From positions 234,684-298,683 of the forward strand of contig JAHIZO010000005.1 in NCBI GenBank assembly GCA_018814405.1: 64,000 bases of DNA. The letters run 5' to 3'. Below the pieces are notes generated by a model. That model had not been told where the DNA came from. It ran no database searches and worked only from the letters and a program-made list of their open reading frames with translations. This stretch comes from Gammaproteobacteria bacterium (lineage in GTDB: Bacteria; Pseudomonadota; Gammaproteobacteria; Burkholderiales; Gallionellaceae). The position numbers and the translations under genes are program-made. Shown in pieces: positions 40,200-49,158 of this stretch (position 1 is its first letter; each line of letters opens with the position of its first letter).

Positions 40200-42482
40200 T
40201 TAGAAGCTGAGCGATGCGCCGATTGTCCACACACGACCCGGATTGACCGTGATGGACACGTCTTCCGCGTCGTACACGCCGTCGCCGTTGCCGTCCGAAC
40301 CGCCACGGATGGTGGAGTAGTAATAGCGGTCGAACAGGTTGTCGATACGTGCGAAGGCCGACCATTTCATCTTGCCGTCACTCTTGAACTCGTAGTTCGC
40401 CATCATGTTGTAAACGGTACGGCCACCTACCCACACCACGTTCACTTCATCCGCATAGATGCCGGATTGCGTGTTCATCTCGCCGGTGAAGATCCAGCCT
40501 TCCATCGGGCGATAACGCGAAGTCAGATTCAGTTTGTGTTTGGGCGTGCGCGGCACGACATTACCGGTGTTGTTGTACAACACCGAAGCCAGCGGCACGC
40601 TGCGTGAGCCCATTGACATCCAGTAGGTGTCGTTGCGTGTGAACACGGCATTCAGGTAGGTGTACGCCATATCGGCAGACCAGACTTCGCGGCTATCGGT
40701 TTTGATGGAAACTTCCAACCCGCGATTACGCACGCCGCCGATGTTCTGGTATTGCTCCAGCGCGTTGGTCAGCGTCGCACCTGTGGTGGATTGGTATTGA
40801 CCGCCGGTGTTGAGGATGAAGTCCTTGCGGTCGATCTGGAAGATCGCCACATCGGTATCCAGCCCGACACCCAGCAACTCAGTCTTGGCGCGCAGGCCGA
40901 CTTCTGCGTTGTAGGAATGCTCGGGCTTCAGATCCGGATTGGCGGCCACCGTCCCTGTCGGGGTGATGGTGCCGCCGTATAGCTGTGACACGGTCGGCAC
41001 GCGGAAGCCGGTGGATAGATTGGTGTACAGCTCGCGTTCTTCGTTGAAGGCATAGTTGAAGCCGATTCGTTCCGACAAGACGTTGAATGTCTTCTCACCC
41101 GTGGTGCTGCGACCCTCGGCGATCTGCGTTGCGGTGAGCGGCAGATTGCTGACGTACTTCTGACCGATATTGTCGAAGCGCGCATTGAAGGTGGCGGTGA
41201 GCGGTGTGCTCAATTGCCATTTCAATTCACCGTAGATGGCGCGCGTGTCGGAGGTGGAAAGGCTATCCTCGGTCAATGCGCCAGCCAGATTCAACGGATT
41301 GGAGAATCCTACTGCGGTGCTGCGGCTGGTATAGGTCACTAGGTTGTTGGTCAGCGTACGATCCTCGAACTGTTGCAGATCCAGACCGCCCATCCAGGCG
41401 ACTTGCGTGCCGCTCTGGCGCCATTCCGCCTTGGCACCACTCTGCTGCTGCTGTGTATCTCGTCCGCTGACATAGGCATCACGCATGGTGCTCATGTCGC
41501 TGGCGGTCGAAGTGCCATACAGGAATGCGCCCGTGCTGTCGCGCAGGAAGCCGTTCGGGTTCTGCCAGCCGAAAGTGTGATCCTTGAACAGATAGGTGTT
41601 CACCATCAGGTTGCTTCCTGTCCCCGTGTCCTTTGAGTAGGACAGGTTGAACTTGTCCAGCGTCACATCGTATTTGCGCGCGTAGTCCTTGCCGCCGTCC
41701 ACACTGGTCGGATCGAGCATGGCAGCCGTCACGCCTTTGACCGTACCGTGGCTATCCTTGTTGCGGAGGGCATGCTCGAAGCCAAAGGTCATATCGCTGG
41801 TGTCATCGATCATGTACTGCAACTTGCCATCCACATAGTCGCGCCCCCAGTCACCCTGATCGTGAAAGGTCTTGGATTGCAGCTTGGATTTCTGGATGTG
41901 CCCCACCCAGCGACCTTCGGCGAATCCGGCGCGCAGGACGCCTTTGTAATATTCATAGCTGCCGACTTCGGCGCTGGCCATGTAGCCCGCCATCTTGGCG
42001 CCGCGTTTGGTAGTGATGATCACCGCACCAGACAGTGCATCCTCACCGAACAGATAAGAGGCCCCGCCCTTGATGACCTTGATGGATTCGATGTTGTCCA
42101 AGTCGATGTTCACACGCCCGGTGCGCTCCTGCACCGGCACACCGTCGATCACGATGGCCACACCCGGCTTCTCGCCCATGTAGCGCTGCGCCTCGACACC
42201 GCGCAGCATGATCTTCACCGAGTCGCCGCTCTGTACTTCGGCCGAAACACCCGGGATGGATTCCAGCACTTCGACGATGTTCTTGCTGTGTTGCTCGTCG
42301 ACGGTGTTACCGCTGATGTGATTCACATTAGAGGGTTCGCCGCGCTTGGAATCGAAGCGGTCGTCGATGGTAGTGGATGAAACGGTCACTTCCGGCAAAG
42401 CGCCGATCTCGGCCCAGCTTGCTTGCGGTGCGGAAAGTGCCAAGGCGACACATATTGCGATCTGTTTGCTGCTTGTCTTCAC
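40200..42482 (-). CDS. TonB-dependent receptor (first gene of the cluster)
   Basis: GTG start after GGAGG, signal peptide, TonB box EVTVS, plug IDGVP..NIESIKVIKGG..GAVIITTK, NPDLKPE, C-terminal Phe. Confidence 0.9.
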   Translation of the reverse strand: MKTSSKQIAICVALALSAPQASWAEIGALPEVTVSSTTIDDRFDSKRGEPSNVNHISGNTVDEQHSKNIVEVLESIPGVSAEVQSGDSVKIMLRGVEAQRYMGEKPGVAIVIDGVPVQERTGRVNIDLDNIESIKVIKGGASYLFGEDALSGAVIITTKRGAKMAGYMASAEVGSYEYYKGVLRAGFAEGRWVGHIQKSKLQSKTFHDQGDWGRDYVDGKLQYMIDDTSDMTFGFEHALRNKDSHGTVKGVTAAMLDPTSVDGGKDYARKYDVTLDKFNLSYSKDTGTGSNLMVNTYLFKDHTFGWQNPNGFLRDSTGAFLYGTSTASDMSTMRDAYVSGRDTQQQQSGAKAEWRQSGTQVAWMGGLDLQQFEDRTLTNNLVTYTSRSTAVGFSNPLNLAGALTEDSLSTSDTRAIYGELKWQLSTPLTATFNARFDNIGQKYVSNLPLTATQIAEGRSTTGEKTFNVLSERIGFNYAFNEERELYTNLSTGFRVPTVSQLYGGTITPTGTVAANPDLKPEHSYNAEVGLRAKTELLGVGLDTDVAIFQIDRKDFILNTGGQYQSTTGATLTNALEQYQNIGGVRNRGLEVSIKTDSREVWSADMAYTYLNAVFTRNDTYWMSMGSRSVPLASVLYNNTGNVVPRTPKHKLNLTSRYRPMEGWIFTGEMNTQSGIYADEVNVVWVGGRTVYNMMANYEFKSDGKMKWSAFARIDNLFDRYYYSTIRGGSDGNGDGVYDAEDVSITVNPGRVWTIGASLSF

Positions 42483-42551
42483 TGCTTCCTCCTTGAATAT
42501 CCCTGTTTGAAACCGGGTCGGATTGTAGGAAGCGAAGCAGACGGCGGGAAT

Positions 42552-42581
42552 GTGACATGATGTCGCGCGGCGGATTGTCGC
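42552..42581. promoter_or_regulatory. Two tandem RegA/PrrA-type boxes (putative)
   Basis: GTGACATGATGTCGC immediately followed by GCGGCGGATTGTCGC. Confidence 0.5.
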
Positions 42582-42606
42582 ACCCCCTATCCGCTATAAT
42601 CCGCCG

Positions 42607-44406
42607 ATGTCTTCCATCCAGTTACTCCCCGACCTGCTCATCAACCAGATCGCCGCCGGCGAGGTGATAGAGCGCCCTGCATCAGCGCTCAAAGAGCTGT
42701 TGGAGAACAGTCTGGATGCGGGTGCGACCGAGATCTCGGTGCAGTTGGAAAGTGGCGGCATCAAGTTGCTGCGCGTGCGCGACAACGGCTGCGGCATCAC
42801 TCAAAAGCAACTACCACTGGCGCTGATGCGCCATGCCACCAGCAAGATCGCCTCGCTGGATGATCTGCAACGCGTGGCCAGCATGGGCTTCCGCGGTGAG
42901 GCATTGGCGAGTATGGCGGCGGTGGCGCAAGTCACATTGACCAGCCGCACGGCAGATGCGGCACATGCCTGGCAGGTCGAGGCTATCGACGGGGCGCTAA
43001 GCGATGCTGCACCTTCGGCGCATGCGCAAGGTACTAGCTTCGAGATGCGCGAGCTATATTTCAATACCCCCGCGCGGCGCAAATTCCTGAAGAGCGAGAA
43101 CACCGAGTTCGCCTGGTGCGAAGAGACCTTCAAGCGCATCGCGCTATCAAGGCCGGATGTGGCGTTCTCTTTGCAGCACAACGGAAAATCGAAATGGCAA
43201 CTGGCAAGTCAGGATCTGCCGCAACGCATCAACGCCATCCTCGGCAGTGAGTTCGGCCAATACGCGGTCAAGGTCGAACGCGAGATCGGCCCGCTGCATC
43301 TGTATGGCATCGCCGCGCTGCCCGCCTATTCGCGCTCCACGCGCGACGAGCAGTATTTCTTCGTCAACGGCCGCTTCGTGCGCGACAAAGTGCTGATGCA
43401 CGCCGTGCGTCAGGCCTATCAGGACATCCTGCACCACCAGCGCCATCCAGCCTTCGTGCTGTTCCTCGATATGCCGCCGGAACAGGTGGATGTGAACGTG
43501 CATCCGGCCAAGAGCGAGGTACGCTTCCGCGAAAGTCAGGGTATCCATCAGTTCGTGTTCCATGCTTTGCAGGACGCCTTGAGTGCGACGATGGCGGACA
43601 AGGGAGAGACAGCTACGGCATCGCCACGCCAGGAAACCCCATCGTTCGCGCCCATCCAGCAACAACCCATGCGCTTTGGTGCGGCCGAACAGCAAGCGAC
43701 GTATCGTGTTTGGGAATCGCAAAGTCAGGCGCTAGGCCCTAGGACTGAGGATCAAGTAAGCAACAGCCGTGAATCTCACAGCGCTACTCAATCCTCAATC
43801 ACTAATCCTCAATCCTCACCAGAACACCCGCTCGGCTACGCTTTAGGCCAACTCTCCGGCATCTACATCCTCGCGCAGAATCAGCAAGGCCTGATCGTGG
43901 TGGACATGCACGCGGCGCACGAACGCATTGTGTACGAACGACTGAAAACTGCCTTCGATGCGCAGCAGATGCCCACCCAACCGTTGCTGATCCCGGTCAC
44001 CTTCGGCGCCGATCCGCTGGCCATCGCCACCGTGGAAGAAGAACAGGACGCGCTGAACAAACTCGGTTTCGACATCGCACCGATCTCCACCCACACGCTG
44101 GCCGTGCGCGCCATGCCCGCCATGCTCAAGCAATCCCACGCCGAGGCCGCCGCCCGCGAAGTGCTACACGAGCTGCATGAATTCGGCGCTTCTCGCGCGT
44201 TGACCGAGCGCCGTAACGAACTGCTCGCCACCCTCGCCTGCCACTCTGCCGTGCGCGCCAATCAGCAACTTTCACTACCCGAGATGAACGCCATCCTGCG
44301 CGAGATGGAACAGACCGAACGCGCCGACCAGTGCAATCACGGCCGTCCGACTTGGTTCCAGGTGACCTTAGCTGAGCTGGATGCGATGTTCATGCGCGGC
44401 CAATAA
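42607..44406 (+). CDS. mutL: DNA mismatch repair protein MutL
   Basis: NQIAAGEVIERPASALKELLENS, GFRGEALAS, DMHAAHERI, CNHGRPT. Confidence 0.96.
   Translation: MSSIQLLPDLLINQIAAGEVIERPASALKELLENSLDAGATEISVQLESGGIKLLRVRDNGCGITQKQLPLALMRHATSKIASLDDLQRVASMGFRGEALASMAAVAQVTLTSRTADAAHAWQVEAIDGALSDAAPSAHAQGTSFEMRELYFNTPARRKFLKSENTEFAWCEETFKRIALSRPDVAFSLQHNGKSKWQLASQDLPQRINAILGSEFGQYAVKVEREIGPLHLYGIAALPAYSRSTRDEQYFFVNGRFVRDKVLMHAVRQAYQDILHHQRHPAFVLFLDMPPEQVDVNVHPAKSEVRFRESQGIHQFVFHALQDALSATMADKGETATASPRQETPSFAPIQQQPMRFGAAEQQATYRVWESQSQALGPRTEDQVSNSRESHSATQSSITNPQSSPEHPLGYALGQLSGIYILAQNQQGLIVVDMHAAHERIVYERLKTAFDAQQMPTQPLLIPVTFGADPLAIATVEEEQDALNKLGFDIAPISTHTLAVRAMPAMLKQSHAEAAAREVLHELHEFGASRALTERRNELLATLACHSAVRANQQLSLPEMNAILREMEQTERADQCNHGRPTWFQVTLAELDAMFMRGQ
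43727..43818. repeat. Degenerate heptamer-repeat inverted element inside the mutL linker
   Basis: AGGCGCT-AGGCCCT-AGGACTG-AGGATCA ... ACTCAAT-CCTCAAT-CACTAAT-CCTCAAT-CCTCA. Confidence 0.55.
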
Positions 44407-44496
44407 TCATCATTACTTAGCCAGTGCTCCTGCCCGCAAGGCCGCAAGAACAGGCATAATGCGCACCTTTCCTGCCACAACTTGCAGTCTATTGCC

Positions 44497-45564
44497 ATGA
44501 AACACATCGTTGACGACGTCCGCATCAAAGAGATCAAAGAACTCACCCCGCCCAGCCATCTGGTGCGCGAATTCCCGGTCACCGATACCGCTGCCGAAAC
44601 CACCTACAACGCCCGCGCTGCGATCCATCGCATCCTGCATGGTGCGGAAGACCGTTTGCTGGTGGTGGTTGGGCCGTGTTCGATCCACGATGTCGATTCG
44701 GCGATGGAATATGCCGCCAAGCTGAAGGAAGAGGCCAAGCGCCATGAGGCCGACCTAGTGATCCTGATGCGCGTCTATTTTGAGAAGCCGCGCACCACAG
44801 TGGGCTGGAAAGGCCTGATCAACGATCCGCATCTGGATGGCAGCTTTAAGATCAACGAAGGCCTGCACATGGCGCGCAAGCTGCTGTGGGAACTGAACGA
44901 GATGGGCCTGCCCTGCGCCACCGAGTTTCTGGATGTGGTCACACCGCAATACACGGCCGACCTGATCTCCTGGGGCGCAATCGGCGCACGTACCACCGAA
45001 TCGCAGGTGCACCGCGAGCTGGCCTCCGGCATCTCCTGCCCTATCGGTTTCAAGAACGGCACCGACGGCAATCTGCGCATCGCGGTAGACGCGATCAAGG
45101 CAGCCGCCAGCCCGCACCACTTCCTGTCGGTGACGAAGGCCGGCCATACGGCCATCTTCTCCACCAATGGCAACGAAGACTGTCACGTCATTCTGCGCGG
45201 CGGCAAGCAGCCCAACTATGATGCGGCGTCTGTCGATGCAGCAGGCAAGGAACTGGCTAACGCCGGTTTGGCTGCGCGCGTGATGGTCGACTTCTCGCAT
45301 GCCAACAGCCGCAAGGAATATCAGCGCCAAGTCGAGGTGGCACAGGATTGCGCGGCACAGCTGGCGAACGGCGAGGAGCGCATCTTCGGCGTGATGATCG
45401 AATCACACCTCAACGCAGGTCGCCAGGATCTGACGCCCGATACACCGCTGAAGAAAGGCGTGTCCATCACCGATGCCTGCATCGGCTGGGACGACACTGT
45501 GCGTGTGCTGGACATGCTGGCCGAAGGCGTACGCCAGCGCCGCATCAAGCTGGAAGACCGTTGA
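44497..45564 (+). CDS. aroG: DAHP synthase, class I (AroG/F/H type)
   Basis: [41 protein letters not shown]; which feedback type is not determined. Confidence 0.88.
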   Translation: MKHIVDDVRIKEIKELTPPSHLVREFPVTDTAAETTYNARAAIHRILHGAEDRLLVVVGPCSIHDVDSAMEYAAKLKEEAKRHEADLVILMRVYFEKPRTTVGWKGLINDPHLDGSFKINEGLHMARKLLWELNEMGLPCATEFLDVVTPQYTADLISWGAIGARTTESQVHRELASGISCPIGFKNGTDGNLRIAVDAIKAAASPHHFLSVTKAGHTAIFSTNGNEDCHVILRGGKQPNYDAASVDAAGKELANAGLAARVMVDFSHANSRKEYQRQVEVAQDCAAQLANGEERIFGVMIESHLNAGRQDLTPDTPLKKGVSITDACIGWDDTVRVLDMLAEGVRQRRIKLEDR

Positions 45565-45580
45565 TCGCCAGTTTGTTGCG

Positions 45581-46528
45581 ATGAGCAAACTCCCGCCCGC
45601 CATCTTCCTGATGGGGCCCACTGCCAGCGGCAAGACCGGTGTGGCGGTGGAACTGGCGCAGCGTCTGCCGGTTGAACTGATCAGCGTCGATTCAGCACTG
45701 GTGTTCCGCGATATGGACATCGGCACCGCCAAACCGGATACCGCCACCCTCGCCCGCGCACCGCATCACCTCATCGACATCATCGATCCGACTGAAGCCT
45801 ATTCCGCCGCCGCTTTCCGCAAGGATGCGCTGCGCTTGATGGCCGACATCACCGCACGCGGCAAGGTGCCGTTGCTGGTGGGCGGCACCATGCTCTACTA
45901 CAAGGCACTGCGCGAAGGATTGAGTCCCTTGCCGCAGGCGGATGCTGCTTTGCGCGCGCAACTGGATGCGCAGATCGCGCAGCATGGCATCGAAGCATTG
46001 CACGCGAAACTGGCCGAGGTGGATGCCGAGACGGCCGATCGTTTGCACAGCACCGACACGCAGCGCGTGCAGCGCGCGATGGAAATCTATCTGGCTTCGG
46101 GAAAGCCGATGTCGGAGCTGATCAAGCAGCAGGAACAAAACCCGTTGCCATACGACATCCTGTCCATCGCCCTCATCCCTTCGGACCGTTCTGTGCTGCA
46201 TGACCGGATCGCTTCACGATTCGAGAAGATGCTATGCGATGGACTGCTGGATGAATTGCGCAGTTTGCGTGACAAATATCCTTTGCATCGCGAGATGACA
46301 TCAATGCGTTGCGTGGGCTACCGTCAGGCTTGGGAGTATCTGGAAGGCGAGATCGATGAAGCGGGTTTGATGGAAAAAGGCATCGCTGCCACACGCCAGC
46401 TCGCCAAGCGACAGCTCACTTGGTTGCGCAGCATGCCTGAGAACATTGAGGTGGATTGTCTTGCGCCGGGACTATTCGAACTCGTACTGGCAAAGATCGA
46501 ATCGGCGGTTCAGTTCAGTCCGGATTGA
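45581..46528 (+). CDS. miaA: tRNA dimethylallyltransferase
   Basis: [38 protein letters not shown]. Confidence 0.95.
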   Translation: MSKLPPAIFLMGPTASGKTGVAVELAQRLPVELISVDSALVFRDMDIGTAKPDTATLARAPHHLIDIIDPTEAYSAAAFRKDALRLMADITARGKVPLLVGGTMLYYKALREGLSPLPQADAALRAQLDAQIAQHGIEALHAKLAEVDAETADRLHSTDTQRVQRAMEIYLASGKPMSELIKQQEQNPLPYDILSIALIPSDRSVLHDRIASRFEKMLCDGLLDELRSLRDKYPLHREMTSMRCVGYRQAWEYLEGEIDEAGLMEKGIAATRQLAKRQLTWLRSMPENIEVDCLAPGLFELVLAKIESAVQFSPD

Positions 46529-46976
46529 CATTCTCTTTTCCGTTTTGTTGCGCGAGCCAAAAGTCACGGTACTTCATATCTTCGTTGAGCAGGTGACTCA
46601 CTAGCAGCTGCTTGACCTGCAAACCCGCCTCCACCCAGTCGTAATCCTGTTCGCTCTTTTCTATGCGTTTCATGATCTCTGTAAATATATTTGCTGCCGC
46701 AGCATGTTCGCGCGCGTGTTGTTCGGCTTCCGGATAACCCCATTCTATGAACAGAACTTCTTCGTGGCCAAAATGGGCTACCGCATCATCAATGACATCC
46801 TGCATGCGTTTACGGACTTCGCTCAGCGACATGCGCTCGGCGATGGCTTCGTTCAGGGCATTGATGAGTTCGATGAAGTGTTTGTGCTCGGCATCGATCT
46901 CGGGGATGTGCACACTGAGTTCCGGACTCCATTCCAGACGCCATGGCATGGGGTTATTGGGGGAGTCCATATCCAT
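46515..46976 (-). CDS. Bacteriohemerythrin (single domain)
   Basis: W..LSV....ID.EH, HFGHEE, H..EH, HLLNED di-iron ligands; start could also be 46970 or 46949. Confidence 0.88.
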   Translation of the reverse strand: MDMDSPNNPMPWRLEWSPELSVHIPEIDAEHKHFIELINALNEAIAERMSLSEVRKRMQDVIDDAVAHFGHEEVLFIEWGYPEAEQHAREHAAAANIFTEIMKRIEKSEQDYDWVEAGLQVKQLLVSHLLNEDMKYRDFWLAQQNGKENVNPD

Positions 46977-48954
46977 CTTCCTTAAACAGTGCGGTACAGG
47001 CATCCACTACTTGTGCGTCATATAGTGTGCCGCGGCCCCGTGCAAGTTCTTCAAGTGCCAAGTCGATACCCAGCCCAGCCCGGTAAGGGCGATGCGATGA
47101 CATGGCTTCCATCACATCTGCCACACTCAGGATGAGCGCACCCGACAGGATCTCGTCACCCGCCAATCCCTGCGGATAGCCCGAACCATCCATGCGTTCG
47201 TGATGTTGCAACACCATCTGCGCGATCGGCCATGAGAAGTCGATGCCTTTCAGGATGTCGTAACCTGCTTGCGGATGCATCTTGATCAGGCTGTACTCGA
47301 TATCATTCAGTCGCGTCGGCTTGCTCAATATCTCGGCGGGAATACTGATCTTGCCCAGATCATGCACGACCCCGGCCAGATGTATCACCTGCTGCTCTTC
47401 CTCCGAGCGGCCCATTTTCTTTGCGATAGCCTGCGCCAGATCTGCCACCCGCTTCTGGTGACCGGAGGTGTAAGGGTCGCGCATCTCGACGATGCTGGCG
47501 ATGGCTTCCACGGTTTGCAGCATGTTCTTCTGCAGACGTTGCGCATGCTCGCTGTGCGCCTCCTTGATGCGCAGGGTGAGTATGCCAAAGGACAGGTCAC
47601 CCGACATTTCCTCCAGCAACATCACTTCATTATCGTCAAATACATCCGGCTTTTCGTCAAACAACACCATCACTCCGAACGCACGGCCTCCGTCCATCAG
47701 TGGCAATGCGATGCATGAGGCGTAACCGTATTGCCGTGCATTCTCGTGCCAACTCTTCAATTCGGGATTGGTGAAGATATCTTGCACCACTTTGGTTTCG
47801 CTGCTGATGATGGCAGCACCGGCAGGACAGGATCCATGCCTTTCCACATTCCAAGTCAACGGGGATGGATTTGGCCATCCCTTTTCAAAACCGGCCAGAG
47901 CAGTTTGTTCGATCGTCTGCTCTGCATAATCACGTGCATAGCCTATCCACGCCAAGCGGTAGCCACCGACTTGAACCGCGACATCACACATCTCCTGTAG
48001 CAGAGTGTTCTCTGCGGTCGCATGGATCAGCGCTTGATTGCCTGCGCTGATGGTACGCAAGGCGCGATTGGCGCGCTGCAGAGTGATTTCATGTTGTTTC
48101 CGCTCGGTGATGTCGATGGTATAGCCAGCCAGATAGGTCTTGCCTCCCAAGGGGATGGGAAACTTGATGGTTATGTAACTTTTACCGTTCAGCTCTTCAT
48201 CCAGATGCAATACCTTGCCGCTGGCAACGGTACTCCAGTCATCTGCGGTGATCTTCGCTGCAAAGTCAGCCGGAAACAGCTCCGGCATGGTCTTGCCTAT
48301 CATTTCCTTGGCGGCGATGCCGATCATATTCACATAGTTCTCACTGGCAGCCAGCACCTTGCTTTCGACAGGCGATACTTCCTTGAGAAAGGCATAGATC
48401 GGGGACTCTTTTATGAAAGCCAGTAGCAACTCCCGACTTTCAAGCAAACTGTTTTCCATCTGTATGCGTTCTGTCACATCCTCCAGCGAATGCACACTGA
48501 ACAGATAGGTTCCCTGTTCGTTATGGACTGGGAAGGCACGTGATCGGTAGAAACTCCCCTCGAAGGATATTGTTTCTTCCTCGCCGTCCTGACCGCGTTC
48601 CATGGCATGCAAACAACCTGGCAAAGGGCCAGATGACATGGGGAATGCCTCGAAATAGGATTTGCCGATCAGTTCCTTGAACGGAATGCCGGCCAGTTTT
48701 TGATAGGCGCGGTTGGCACGCAGGATACGGAACTCGGAATCATGCAGGAACACCGGGTCGTCGATGGCATCCAGTGCGGACATCCATTCCTGATGGGCCT
48801 GCTCGATCTGCATGCGTATCTCTTCCAAGCCATCTTGAGTCTCAGGGCAACTTTGCTGTCCGCTCTCCAGCGCGGCAATCTGCGCTTGCAGCTCTGCGAT
48901 CGTGCGTCGTGCAGACTCGAGTTCGTTAAGCAATGAATTGGATGTATCGCTCAC
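46954..48954 (-). CDS. PAS-PAS-GAF-HD-GYP c-di-GMP phosphodiesterase
   Basis: RDPYTSGHQKRV, HDLGK, HHERMDGSGYPQGL, RPYR; GTG start after GAGGAGG. Confidence 0.9.
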   Translation of the reverse strand: MSDTSNSLLNELESARRTIAELQAQIAALESGQQSCPETQDGLEEIRMQIEQAHQEWMSALDAIDDPVFLHDSEFRILRANRAYQKLAGIPFKELIGKSYFEAFPMSSGPLPGCLHAMERGQDGEEETISFEGSFYRSRAFPVHNEQGTYLFSVHSLEDVTERIQMENSLLESRELLLAFIKESPIYAFLKEVSPVESKVLAASENYVNMIGIAAKEMIGKTMPELFPADFAAKITADDWSTVASGKVLHLDEELNGKSYITIKFPIPLGGKTYLAGYTIDITERKQHEITLQRANRALRTISAGNQALIHATAENTLLQEMCDVAVQVGGYRLAWIGYARDYAEQTIEQTALAGFEKGWPNPSPLTWNVERHGSCPAGAAIISSETKVVQDIFTNPELKSWHENARQYGYASCIALPLMDGGRAFGVMVLFDEKPDVFDDNEVMLLEEMSGDLSFGILTLRIKEAHSEHAQRLQKNMLQTVEAIASIVEMRDPYTSGHQKRVADLAQAIAKKMGRSEEEQQVIHLAGVVHDLGKISIPAEILSKPTRLNDIEYSLIKMHPQAGYDILKGIDFSWPIAQMVLQHHERMDGSGYPQGLAGDEILSGALILSVADVMEAMSSHRPYRAGLGIDLALEELARGRGTLYDAQVVDACTALFKEDGYGLPQ

Positions 48955-49079
48955 GATGCCTCCTCATACGGAGGATGAAGAATACGCGTAGGTGAATTCA
49001 TGCACAGTGCGGACAGTGCTGCGAGCAAAAGCGGCAGGAAGTAGAGAAAAAGAAATTGCATGGTGAGATAGATACTCAT
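48951..49079 (-). CDS. Putative 42-aa hydrophobic leader/small membrane protein
   Basis: Hand translation MSIYLTMQFLFLYFLPLLLAALSALCMNSPTRILHPPYEEAS; its stop overlaps the HD-GYP start (GTGA). Confidence 0.4.
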   Translation of the reverse strand: MSIYLTMQFLFLYFLPLLLAALSALCMNSPTRILHPPYEEAS

Positions 49080-49158
49080 GGCATCCCATCTTCTGCAAGG
49101 TTACCGCCAGAACAGCTTATACCGGGGGCGGAGGGCCGGTCGGATAGTGCGAGAGCCG

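Noticed and set aside
40200-42482. Calling receptor 1 OprC, NosA, BtuB or a siderophore receptor
   Set aside because: No CxxxM/HxM copper motif, no cobalamin riboswitch and no Fur box upstream; the substrate cannot be assigned from sequence.
44395-44420. Fur-box-like AATAATCATCATTAC at the mutL stop
   Set aside because: Best match is only about 13/19 to the consensus, it overlaps a stop codon, and the downstream gene (aroG) is not an iron gene.
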